DNA of 64,000 nucleotides from Octopus vulgaris (GCA_951406725.2 OX597818.1:5952001-6016000); one strand, 5' to 3'. Shown: positions 28,468 through 39,900, counted from the stretch's first letter. Translations and numbers: made by a program. The notes: generated from the letters alone by a model not told the origin.

Positions 28468-28610
28468 CCAATCAGCTCAACCAACCAATCAGCTTAAGTA
28501 ATTGAGTGATACTACACACTGATTGGTCAGAATACAGTTTGCAAAACCTAGCACTCTGGAGCCTACCCAGCTGTATTTATAGCACAGAATCACTCATCTT
28601 GCTACAGTCA
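28468..28610 (+). promoter_or_regulatory. Putative Pol II promoter in the PLE pseudo-LTR
   Basis: CCAATCAG at 28468 and 28485, CTGATTGG at 28519, TATTTATA at 28574-28581 (TATAAATA on the opposite strand), upstream of the ribozyme and ORF1; AATAAA at 28779-28784. Confidence 0.5.
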
Positions 28611-28644
28611 AAAATTGTGAAGCATGACTGTCAACACTACTACA

Positions 28645-28689
28645 TGAACCCGAAGATTGCAGAATTCAATGCATGAAAGTACTAGTTCA
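28645..28689 (+). ncRNA. Minimal type I hammerhead ribozyme (CCGAAGA core variant)
   Basis: TGAAC-CCGAAGA-T TGCA gaattcaa TGCA T-GAAA-GTAC-TA-GTTCA; stem I TGAAC/GTTCA; palindromic stem III AGTACT. Confidence 0.75.
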
Positions 28690-28894
28690 ATCAGAATGAA
28701 TATTTAACATTCTACTATTTCATTTTATTTTATTCAATTATAATATATTATCTTATAATATATCATTATAAGATTGTAAATAAAACGTGAAAATCAGACA
28801 AGGTTGGAATTCTTTTTATTAATATATTCTTCTATACACAATCACACACACCCATATATATATATATCTATATTCCTATTGTGTATATGCCAAC

Positions 28895-30187
28895 ATGTCT
28901 GGAAAGCAACAAACAAAATTAACAGAATCCGAAAGAATTCTAATGGAAATTTCATCGAAATTATCAACACTCATCACGATGATTGACACACAATCCTCTA
29001 TTTTAAAGGAAATAGAAAAACAGTCTACAGACGGAAAACTTGGAAATGAACACATAAACTCTGAAATTAAGAATTTAGCTGAAATGATACCAACAATTAT
29101 AAAATCTACAAGAGAAAGCCTACCACAACCTCCTTGGATGTCAGAAATAAACGAAAGAAATCTGGAAAAAGAGGCACACCGAAAAAGAGAAGAGATACAG
29201 AAGACATGGAAAAAACTCCTTAACATAAGAAAACAAAACTTCTGGAAGGCATATAAATGCGAAAAATATGCTGAAATACATTCGAAATGGATATCTTTAG
29301 CGGCACCCATACTTCCTCGGAAGTACCTAATTAAAGAAATTGCAGGAGAACCAGAGGAAGAAACTAAACTTCGATGGGACCTTAGTTTGATAAAATTCAG
29401 GACCGACATCTCCATTACCCTGTCTAAACAATCCCGCTACAAAGCCAAATACGAAGCTATCGATGATCAAATCAGAGATGAAATATCCAAACTAACGACC
29501 GGCAATATAGCAGAAAAAATGCGAGAACTATGGATCAGAGATATCTCAAAAGAAGAAAGCAGATCAAGAAAGTTTTGGCAGCGGAAACAATTATTTCTCG
29601 ACAAATATGCTACAAATTACGGTAAAGACACCAGAACTCCGAGAAATAGCATTAAAAGTGGACAACCTCACCAACGCAACATACACCAGAACACGTGGCA
29701 ACATGAACACCCGTTTCACCACGAATCGAAGACGAACTACGGTAAGAACTCTTCCCATTTTGTATGCAAACACCCTAATGCACACAACATGAACAAAAAG
29801 CACAAACAAAATAGATATTGTTTTGAACAAACCATTAGCAGTAGAAATAACAGGAGATCATTTTCAAGACCTCAACAGAGATTACCCACAAGAAACTGGA
29901 CAAAAAACCGATCTAGATCTAGAAGTAAACCCAGATCATTTCTCCAGGTGGTTAAAAACAATGCTAACAAGAAATTGAAAAGTAGCATACATAATACCAA
30001 AAACAAGACAGAAAACATAACGAAACCAAGTAAAGTACCACAACCAAAACGCAAAATTCATCAAGCAAACATCAACAGGAATATAAATCATAACCAGAAA
30101 AAAATCCATTTTTTTACGTCAGGACAACAAACACCGGAGAAAGAAAAAATCCAAGAGGAAACATACCCCAAACAACTGAACGTATAG
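28895..30187 (+). CDS. PLE ORF1, 430 aa: helical/coiled-coil-like N-terminal half, basic disordered C-terminal half
   Basis: Uninterrupted ORF with ATG in good context (gccaacATG); E/K/I/L-rich for ~245 aa, then R/K/N/S/H-rich (RSRSRSKPRS); lies inside the 4271-bp tandem unit. Confidence 0.85.
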   Translation: MSGKQQTKLTESERILMEISSKLSTLITMIDTQSSILKEIEKQSTDGKLGNEHINSEIKNLAEMIPTIIKSTRESLPQPPWMSEINERNLEKEAHRKREEIQKTWKKLLNIRKQNFWKAYKCEKYAEIHSKWISLAAPILPRKYLIKEIAGEPEEETKLRWDLSLIKFRTDISITLSKQSRYKAKYEAIDDQIRDEISKLTTGNIAEKMRELWIRDISKEESRSRKFWQRKQLFLDKYATNYGKDTRTPRNSIKSGQPHQRNIHQNTWQHEHPFHHESKTNYGKNSSHFVCKHPNAHNMNKKHKQNRYCFEQTISSRNNRRSFSRPQQRLPTRNWTKNRSRSRSKPRSFLQVVKNNANKKLKSSIHNTKNKTENITKPSKVPQPKRKIHQANINRNINHNQKKIHFFTSGQQTPEKEKIQEETYPKQLNV

Positions 30188-32421
30188 ATCCTAAAATAAT
30201 TAATTTATCAAAAAGAGATCTTGACAATGATGAAATCCAACTTCTGTCAAAAGGACTGAAATTCACACCTACACCAACAGCCAACCACCAAGAATTAAAG
30301 GAGGATATCCAAAAATTCTGTCGAAAATTACGACTTGTAGAATTCTTCGCTAACAAAAGTAATGAGATTGATGAATCCCTAGTAAGGAATAAATCAAATT
30401 TCACCCCACCAAAAGGAAGAAATAACTACCTTGACCAATACATTGATATCCTGTCTAAATTTCCCCTTAGACGCAATACCAATGTTAGGCCAAACATTAG
30501 CAAATCAGAGATGTCTGCATGTAAACGTATACAAAACGATCAAACAATAATAATTAAACAAGCAGATAAAGGTGGTGCAATTGTTATTATGGATACCGAA
30601 TACTATAAGGATTTGGTTGAAGACCAACTGAAGGATACAACCTTCTATTGTGAAATACCCGCAAATATAGACCACCACATCATGAAAAAGATCAACAACC
30701 TGATTTCAACACACCACAACTCACTTACGGATAATGAAAAAGACTACATCACCAATTTTGAACCAAAACCCAGCAACTTCTACGGCTTACCAAAAATACA
30801 CAAATCAAAAAACATTCAACAGGCAGTAAAAGAACAAGAAAGTGAGTACATAAAATTATTACATCCAAAAGACCTAAAACTTAGACCTATTATAGCTGGT
30901 CCAGCATGCCCTACACACCGTCTAAGCAATTTTATTGACATTGTTTTGAAACCACTATGTACTTACATACCAAGTTTCATCAGGGATGACATCGACTTCC
31001 TGTCCCATCTTCCCAAAACAACAGAAACAAATTCAGTTTTGCTAAGTTTTGATGTGGTAAGCCTCTACACCAATATTCCACACGATTTAGGAATAAAGGC
31101 GATTAAATACTGGTTAGAAAAACATAGAGAAGTGATTCCCAGCAGATTCACAGTGCCATTTATATTAGACACAGTCAAACTTATTCTAGAAAATAACACA
31201 TTCTTCTTCAATGGAAAGAATTACATCCAAATTAGAGGCACGGCGATGGGAACGAGGTTTGCTCCCGTTTACGCCAACTCTGTAATGGGATACTTAGAAG
31301 AACAACTCTACCAAGTGGTGGAGGTAAACTATGGCACTGGATTTAGAAAGTATATTGAAAAGGCATGGAAGAGATACCTAGACGACTGTTTCATAATCTG
31401 GACAGAATCTCTAAATACTCTGGAAGAGTTCAATATCCTCCTGAACAACCTACACCCATCTCTCAAATTTACAAAGGAGATGAGTAGTACCAAATTACCA
31501 TTCCTGGATATAATGGTAATTAAAAAAGACACCACCATCACCACAGATATATACTATAAACACACAGACACACATCAATACCTAAATTTTAAGTCGTGCC
31601 ATCCACCACATACAAAACGTAACATCCCATACTGCCTAGCCAGAAGAATTTGTACTATTGTAGAAGATGCAAATATCAGGAACAAACGCCTAATAGAACT
31701 AAGAGAATTTTTGCTCAAACAAAAATACCCATCTCTACTTATAGAAAATGGCATACAGCGGGCTATAAAAATACCTATACAACAACTTAGGACAACCCAA
31801 GGAAGAGGAAAACAAGAACAAGTCATACCATTCATAGTGACACACAACCCATGTCACCAGAATATCTTCAACATTGCCAAAGCAAACCTTCCAATCATTG
31901 CCCAAAGTAATGAATTAAAAGACATAATCAAGGATCGAGCTATGGTGCTTAGTAAAAGACAGCCTAAAAACTTGAAAACATTACTAACAAAGGCAAAATT
32001 TGACCTCAGCAACAAAGACCAAACATTCACGGTATCTAAATGCAATGATAGCCGATGTGGCACATGCCAATTCATACATACCGGTCAATATATAAACACA
32101 AAAACCGGGAAAATATTCACAAACGCGAATATGAACTGCAAAAGCAGAAATTTAATTTACTGCATCAAATGCCCAAATTGTGAAGAAATATATGTAGGTC
32201 AGACGGGAAACGCACTATTAGAACGCTCACGTGTACACCGGCAACAGATTAGAGACCCAGAGGTCCGTCAGATACCTTTGAGTAACCACCTAGCAACATG
32301 TGGTCGGAAAATATATATAATATTTCCATTCTATAAATTACACAGCCCAAGTGAAATCGAGAGGAAAATCAGAGAAAAGAATTTTATTGATAAATTCGAA
32401 CCCAAGCTAAATAAGCAATAA
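30094..32421 (+). CDS. PLE reverse transcriptase-GIY-YIG endonuclease (open frame from 30094, first ATG only at 30511)
   Basis: IINLS..LLSKGLKFTPTP N-terminal motif upstream of the ATG; KQADKGG; FDVVSLYTNI; GTAMGTRFAP; RYLDD; PFLD; CNDSRCGTC linker; LIYCIKCPNC..YVGQT..H..H (GIY-YIG with CCHH). Confidence 0.95.
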   Translation, partial: PEKNPFFYVRTTNTGERKNPRGNIPQTTERIDPKIINLSKRDLDNDEIQLLSKGLKFTPTPTANHQELKEDIQKFCRKLRLVEFFANKSNEIDESLVRNKSNFTPPKGRNNYLDQYIDILSKFPLRRNTNVRPNISKSEMSACKRIQNDQTIIIKQADKGGAIVIMDTEYYKDLVEDQLKDTTFYCEIPANIDHHIMKKINNLISTHHNSLTDNEKDYITNFEPKPSNFYGLPKIHKSKNIQQAVKEQESEYIKLLHPKDLKLRPIIAGPACPTHRLSNFIDIVLKPLCTYIPSFIRDDIDFLSHLPKTTETNSVLLSFDVVSLYTNIPHDLGIKAIKYWLEKHREVIPSRFTVPFILDTVKLILENNTFFFNGKNYIQIRGTAMGTRFAPVYANSVMGYLEEQLYQVVEVNYGTGFRKYIEKAWKRYLDDCFIIWTESLNTLEEFNILLNNLHPSLKFTKEMSSTKLPFLDIMVIKKDTTITTDIYYKHTDTHQYLNFKSCHPPHTKRNIPYCLARRICTIVEDANIRNKRLIELREFLLKQKYPSLLIENGIQRAIKIPIQQLRTTQGRGKQEQVIPFIVTHNPCHQNIFNIAKANLPIIAQSNELKDIIKDRAMVLSKRQPKNLKTLLTKAKFDLSNKDQTFTVSKCNDSRCGTCQFIHTGQYINTKTGKIFTNANMNCKSRNLIYCIKCPNCEEIYVGQTGNALLERSRVHRQQIRDPEVRQIPLSNHLATCGRKIYIIFPFYKLHSPSEIERKIREKNFIDKFEPKLNKQ

Positions 32422-32915
32422 TAATAATACTTAGAGGTATTACTTCCACTGCTACGACCATGACCACTAACAACAACAACAATACTAAAGGTGATCAAGA
32501 CGAAGATAGCAGGAAAATTATCTTATTTAGGGTTAAAAGTTCTATTGCCACCACCATCACCACTAGCAACAATAATTAAGGTGCTGACAATGATGATGAT
32601 GACAATTGAAATATAAAAATATAAAAATCTCTGACAAAGGATATTTACAACATTTCTAAAAATAACCCAACAATTGCTGCTTCGGCCAGGGTCAAGATAC
32701 AGGACTCTTGACCTGTCCAACAAAGCGTGATGCCTAAACCAATCAGCTCAACCAACCAATCAGCTTAAGTAATTGAGTGATACTACACACTGATTGGTCA
32801 GAATACAGTTTGCAAAACCTAGCACTCTGGAGCCTACCCAGCTGTATTTATAGCACAGAATCACTCATCTTGCTACAGTCAAAAATTGTGAAGCATGACT
32901 GTCAACACTACTACA

Positions 32916-32960
32916 TGAACCCGAAGATTGCAGAATTCAATGCATGAAAGTACTAGTTCA
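32916..32960 (+). ncRNA. Hammerhead ribozyme, 3' pseudo-LTR copy
   Basis: Identical to 28645-28689. Confidence 0.75.
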
Positions 32961-35900
32961 ATCAGAATGAATATTTAACATTCTACTATTTCATTTTATT
33001 TTATTCAATTATAATATATTATCTTATAATATATCATTATAAGATTGTAAATAAAACGTGAAAATCAGACAAGGTTGGAATTCTTTTTATTAATATATAT
33101 ATACATATATATATCCGGATTGTTACTCAATTACACACTGATGGGTTGCCCTTCGTTACATACGAGATGACTATCAATAGCACAATTGATACACTTACAA
33201 GACATCGCTGTACTTAGAATGTAGACGATTCGGAGATATAGTGCTTTTATTACCAAGAAGCATATGTCGGTGCACTAATGCGCTATCCAAACTCTAACAA
33301 GTGGGTAGGAACTGGCTGCACTAAAATTAACCAAAGGCCCACATTTTTGAATGTTTTCGATTCACCCAATTCATGAACAATCCACCGAAAAATATCATCT
33401 ATATTACCCGATGTAGACTTGCCGTTGCTCAGATATTATCGGATTTGCAATGCAAAAGCTTGCTATGGCTGTCGTTAATGTTGATTTGCCTGTGCTTCGT
33501 ATTTGATACTCTTTCGTTCTCTCTGTAGCGTATAGAAAGTGGTTACTTGTTTGGAGTTACCACATTTGTAGTTTCTGTGTGTTCGCTATATTGCACCGGA
33601 CAGTTAGTTACCATTCATGTACGGCATTTTTCATGTATTGAGCTTCCTTACCCAATTTTCACGCCGGTATTCCGATTATACGCCGCAATTATGCATCCTT
33701 CTATTGTCCAAGTTATTTAGTTTTCTCCTCATTCAAAATATTTTCTTATCATCGAGACTATGAGACTATGAAACTATGAGAATGTAAAGTTTTTTCTTGA
33801 AATCGTCCCAAAGAGCCTTTCTGTAGACCCATTTTATATTTCTAACTTTTTTACAGTATCCTCTCTTCATTTAGCTGTTTCCGTGACCATCTTTCACTTT
33901 ACAGTTTAGTTTATGCTTCTTAGTTTCTTCAAAGTCCGTGTTACATAGCTAATTGTATTAGTTTATTTATTATATACATTCATATGTATAGTACATGAAT
34001 GTATATTGTATAATAGAATTCCAACTTCAAAAAGACTTTCCTGTAATCGTGGGAAGAACAGTCTTTCAATGTAAGATTTTGGCTGGTGTATGGTAAATGC
34101 GACCATAATATTTCAAAATATTTTTCTCTAATGGAGTTAGATATTTAGCAGGCAACTGTGTCTATAGTAATTATAATTAGCTGCCATTGCTTCCAACATG
34201 AACTTCGAACAAACCCAATAACAAATGTAATAATAGCAATACGCGAACAACGAAAGTATCGACAGCGATAACATTAACACTTAAGAAAACAACAATACCA
34301 GAAACAATAATTAACTCTTCTGCCACAATTAACTACTCTTCCACTAAAACAAAGCAACTAACCTCATAGGAAACACCAACATCATAGATATGGAAGCAGA
34401 ATGAACAGCAAGAGAATCAATAATGAAGACCGCGTCAATAGTACAAATAAGAAAATCAGCAACACTAACAATGGCAAATGCAAAAAAGAATACTTCTTTC
34501 ATCGTATCAAAAAAAAAAAAATGGGTGGATAATACATGGACTTAGTGGACAAACAGATCTAAAAGTGTATGAATGATATCGTCCACCCTGAAATGATGCC
34601 GTTCTCAGTAAACTAAAACAAAAAGATCGACAGCTTCACTTGCATCAGTCATACAGCTAGGAATATGTAATATGTATCACAAACGAAATCAGGAAATTTC
34701 TGAAAGAAATGGTCATATAACCTGATTAAAGCAGGAAACTAGACGGATAGCTGTGGAGGCATTATCTGCCAGCAGTTTGTTATGATACTACTATGTATGA
34801 GACGGCTTGTAAACCAATTAAGCATCAACAGCGGATCATTCCATAGAGAGAATGACAGAATAATGGACAATGTTAAAGGATCGCTGAGAGATAAGGATGA
34901 AGTCCACCCCTGCACAATCGACCGGTACCTCAGTAGAATTCCAGGTTGTACTTGCTCAATAAGCTGTTTGGAAGTCTAGAATCCATTTTATATTGTATAA
35001 TGTAAGCATATACAGTTAACATGGATGCTCTTGATTTGAGAAGGCACAAGTGGAGAATTGAATTGCTTTATTACTATTATAGTCAAATTTGCTAGGCATT
35101 GGACATGGAAAGGGCCACAGACAACAGAAAAACGTTAGAAAGGCTTACAATTGAATGGCTATCTACGAAGAGAATACAGTCAACCGAATCTATCAACCTA
35201 AATTTCAAAACTGATAAGATCAGAAGTAAGATCACGGGAGGCAACCAAAACAATGGGAAGATGACAGAGTAAAAAAAAATCCGAGCCCGGATGTATTCTG
35301 ACTAGTAAACTATTAGGACAACAGTTAACCTAGTTAACAAAGTGACGGAGTTTTATATATAAGAAATATGTGCGTGTTTGTGTATGTGTGTGTGAGTGTG
35401 TAGGCGTGCGCGCGTGAATGTGTGCTTTGTGGGGGGATGGTAGTGGTGGTTGGCTGAAACATAATTCAGTATTTCAAAATGTAACCCCATGAAAATAAAT
35501 GATTGAAAATAGATTGCTCGTAGTAAAATTGAACAGTCACTTGGTTGAATAAAAATGCATTGTTATCTGCCGAATGTATTAGTTTAAAGAATTAAACATT
35601 TTGTTCTTACTAGCTTATTGTGTGTATCTAACAATAGTAAAGAGCTTACTGTATTGCTAAAGATAAAGCTGCGCCAATTTCAAAGAATATAGTTTGAAAT
35701 CACTTTAGGGTGTAAACATCATAGATAATGCAGAATTCAGTATATCTTAAATGCCCTGTGCATCATGGAGATAGAATTTTGAGTAGGCTTTATAAAATAA
35801 CTGAATTTAAAGAATTCCTTTGTTGAATGATTATAGGATTGCCTTTCATGAGTTGCCTTTTCATTTCCTAAGTTTCTTTTATAAACAACCTATTTTCCCT

Positions 35901-36517
35901 ATTTCCTTCAATGCATTTCTTGATGTAAGAGGTCATTATCTATTTCATTTTTTTAAATCGCAAGTTTCTATTTATCTTTATATGTATATTTCCAACCATC
36001 TTTTTCAAACTTCACTTTTAATTTTTAAAAATACTACATAAACTACATTTATTTGCCGCAATGTTGGCTAAGTGAATGTGTCCAAGTAACAGCAAAAAGT
36101 TTAAGAAAGAAAATGATTTCAACTTCAAGAACCAGATGTTGCTTCATGTTTTATACTCATTTCCACAAAATAAAGAGAAAAGGTAATATATGCCATAAAA
36201 ATGATATTTTGCTTGTAAGTGCAATATACTGTAGACTAAATGAGAAAATAATTAGTTTAAAATAAGCACAAATATTTTTACGAAAAGCATTTTCATTCCA
36301 TATTTTTTTCTATTCACTATCATTTATTTTAACTGTGCCTCTTTCAACATTTTATGGCATTTAGTTTAAATAACTCGTTAAATTCATACATAATATTCTC
36401 GATAAATTGTTTAGAAATTTTGATGTTATATGAAATGAATCATGGATTTGCGTAGAAATACCGACAAAATTGGAAATGTTTAATCGATGGTATATTTAAA
36501 TTATTTGAAGTACAAGG

Positions 36518-37278
36518 TGTGATCATCGCATTGAACATGACAGAGAAAGTTGAACCGAGAATCTGTATCAAAAGTTTTGTCAAAACCTTGGTGATACCTG
36601 CTCAGAAGCCTAAGCAAAGTTTACAAAAGATTTTTGTCATTTTCGACACAACCAAGGAGATCTAGTACAACTGAAACCCGAGTGTCTTTTTGGTCAGCTG
36701 AAAGCAGTTTTGACACAAAGTTGGCGGACACACGACTCAAACCATAATCTTCCGTGATAACGGACTGAACTGAACTGAACCGTAACTATTCTGCACATGC
36801 TCTGATAACCGTAACTGAACCGTAACTAATCTGCACATGCTCTGATAACTCACGGATGGTGGTTCAACGATTTCTTTTCATAGCTGTACGCACATCTGCG
36901 ATATCTTTCTCAGTTATACTGGTTGCACGTCTCCCAAAACATTCGTCACTATCGACATTTTTCAGCCATCTTGGAAACATCTGATCCACTCATATACTTG
37001 TATGAGGCTCATGCACTCCTCTCCATACATTTTCCGCAACAATGCGTAGGCCTCTGAGTAGATATTGCCATCACAACTTTCTCTGTCATGGTTAATTCGA
37101 CGATCACACGCTATACACCTTCCTTACCATCACTGCTAGAATGTTAGAGCTAGAACGTTAAAACTTAGTGCGCATGCAGAGCAGAGTTCAAGGTCAATCT
37201 TTGGCAAGCGGCTTCTCTCTGTCTGTTTTAACTTCGTTACTTTGGAAAGGCACGGATACTTATTGATCAGACCTCGCA
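36518..37278 (-). mobile_element. Mariner relic (same family as 7267-7865) with inverted N-terminal fragment at 36518-36630
   Basis: TIR reverse complement GAGGTCTGATCAATAAGTATCCG at 37253-37275; minus strand AKFVSKLLSADQ-like; ~39-bp tandem duplication at 36778-36849. Confidence 0.8.
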
Positions 37279-37479
37279 CAAAAAAAATTCTATCAATTAC
37301 ATGTTATGATCTCACTGTGAATGCAAAATGACAATTAACGTAAATAACAAGTTATAAATAATTCAAAATAGTTTTAAAATTCTACGCATAAACAGTATCT
37401 GAAATACTTAGGAACGCCAATCAGACAGGAAGACTCACCTTTCTCCATCCAAAAGGGCGACTTTTAGAATAAGCTCTAT

Positions 37480-39900
37480 AAATGAATATGGCATGAAGTC
37501 GTCCTTGAAGGAAGTTAGCTTGCTCAAGGATCCTAGGTCCCTAGCCATAGAAGTGGCAAACGTCAATGAGACCAAGATTTCCTACACACGCTTACTGGCC
37601 CCCATTTTTGACCACTTAGAGATGCAAGCATATTTTAATTGGTCTACAATAGGAGGCGAAGCGGCAATGCTGTTTAGAAAATCCTTGAACCTGAAGGTAC
37701 GGACGATCAACTTTGATATGGACGGTGTGTTGGTGGTTCTGGATGTCAGCAATAGTGAAGTTGATGTATTTAGACTGGTAGCCACATTTCTTCTGATACC
37801 AAAAAGCTTTTCTCGGAATATCTCACATTTTATGCTAAGTCCCGCCAAGATTTCCCGAATGTCCTATGTGGACATGGCGCAATCGCCTAGGATCTACAGA
37901 CGGTTACCTAGTCAGTCTACAAATTTGCCATTTGTAGCGATAGAACACAGAGAAATGGCTCCAGTTACTGGAAGCTTAACGCGTCATTCCTGGAGCATAA
38001 AAACTACAAAGACCAGATTAACATATTTGTTAAGCAACAGTTAACATGCGCAGTAGACAACAACAGGTGGAAGAAGGGGCTCTACAGAAAGCGATTAGAG
38101 AAGAATTAAAAACCTTTAGTAAAGAAGTAACAATTGAAAAATGGAACAGAGTGTAGTTAGCTAAATTAGATGAGGCGATTAGAGAGTGGCATTGCAGTAT
38201 ATGTGCTAGGTACGAGAATGACACTAGAATGTTTTCTCAATTTCGAACACGATGGTTGAATTGTCAGAGTTAAGGCATGCAGGGTAAGACCCAATGGAAC
38301 GAAAGCTGTTCGATAGTGTAACGAAGTGTAACGCGGCACCAACAACATATTCTGTCCTTGACTGACCATGAGGGGCGCCTTCTACTCGAATCCAGGACGT
38401 TGTGTGCAGCTTTCTAGCAATACTTCGCACGACTGTTCAGTGCAAGGGGAGAGTCGAAGATGGTGGCATACTTATGTACCTACCACGACGGTCTACTGCG
38501 GCTGTCGGTGATTGATGTAAAAGGCTACAAAAATTTGATTACAGAAGCCAAAGCCAAGATATGGCAAACCGAGAGTGGCTGTACATGTCAGGAATCACCA
38601 TCTTTGAATGGTCTATCCTACGAGACTGATGCAGATATACAGGGTTTCTTCACTGAAGGATTTCGCAGCTGTCTACTGGAACTAGCTACAGAACTGATGA
38701 CTTTTCAACACCAACGCGGAAATTACTCCTTACCCACTCTATGAGGGTAGAAAGTAAACCTTGCTTTGATGGGGCTCTGATCAATTTACACTAATCGAAA
38801 TCTTTAGATGGGGTCGACCATCGTTACTTGGAGGCTTCTTTCAAAGCACCCGGTTTCGGTCCAGTTGCAGCTGCTAGATGACTTCAATGCATAGCAGCAT
38901 CTGCTCAGTTATCAGAGTTAATCGTCACCTATCGGAACCGTTTCAGATCATGTGTTTGGTCCGGCCCGTCATTGATGCCCTCTGTCCTCCCTTCTTCACG
39001 TACTGACTCTCGAACCATTACTGCGGAAGATATAGCTATTGAAGTGCATCCAACTGAAGCCAGGACTCGGAAGTGCTGTGTTTACATATGCGGATGACGT
39101 CGCCATGATGGTGTCGAGAAACTCGGATGTCGAAGTGGTCGCTAACAAATTAGAGGAACGTAAAATGCTTACGGAAAAAAAGACGTATTCCGGATAATTC
39201 GGTGAGATTTGAACTACCTGGAGAGGCAAAACCATGTCATTCCACAGCGTTGGGAGACGTAGAACATACGGATGGACCAGTGAAGTTGCTCGGTGTCTAG
39301 CTTTGTCCAAGTCTCCATATGGATGAGAACTGGAACATGGGTATTCAGTTGGTAGGTGAATCTCACTCAACAATGAGCCAAAAAGAACCTATCCCTGAAA
39401 AGTCGGACTGAAGTGGCGAACGTGTATAACACCTCCGTCATATATTATCCCCAGATCATCGCGCCATGCCCCAGTTCGCTCTTAACCAGACGGGATCTGC
39501 TGTTCTTTCATTTGTCAAGCGGTCATTAGCTGTCAATAACCGTTGTAAGAAAGGCTCTGCATGCCGTAGCCGAACATGGAAACATGCGCTGAGTCAGCTC
39601 ATCTCGTTAATAAAGTTGTAGACTCTTACAGCTCTTTACTAATCGTGCAAGGTCGCCAATAGAAGTTCCCCTCTGGTATTATATAGGAGACTAATGGAAG
39701 GCGAAAACGATGACGTCCTCGTTGAAATCTAGGGCGTTGACAAGAATGTAATTATCAGACTCTTTTGGAAAATTCTCGTTCCATGGTCTATGGAAAATTT
39801 CCAGAAATCTCTGGGAATGCTAACTGGCTCCACTGCCTGTTCGAAACAAACTCCACAGATCGGAAATGCTATTAGAATAACTTGTCCAAGATGTGCATAA
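37480..39900 (+). mobile_element. Old L1/Tx1-like LINE ORF2 relic (APE endonuclease, RT)
   Basis: LFRKSLNLKVRTINFDMDGVLVVLDV is homologous to the 59044 ORF; RT YADDV motif near 39086-39100; many stops. Confidence 0.75.

Larger units (their letters stand above)
25435..33098 (+). mobile_element. Young two-ORF Penelope-like retrotransposon (Neptune-type) with inverted and tandem pseudo-LTR structure
   Basis: 25435-26450 is the inverse of ~27842-28857; 26450-28827 equals 30721-33098 (period 4271 bp, identical translations); flanked by duplicated ATATATATATACATATATATAT. Confidence 0.95.

Noticed and set aside
30511-32421. ATG 30511 as the true start of the RT protein
   Set aside because: Conserved PLE N-terminal motifs are encoded in frame upstream (30181-30510), so this start would truncate the protein
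25840-32723. 66-aa antisense ORF repeated in each pseudo-LTR
   Set aside because: TTG start, low complexity from trinucleotide runs; repetition only reflects the duplicated DNA
33400-35270. RTE-like LINE remnants (GRQPKQWEDD near 35237-35266)
   Set aside because: Single short motif, boundaries undefinable
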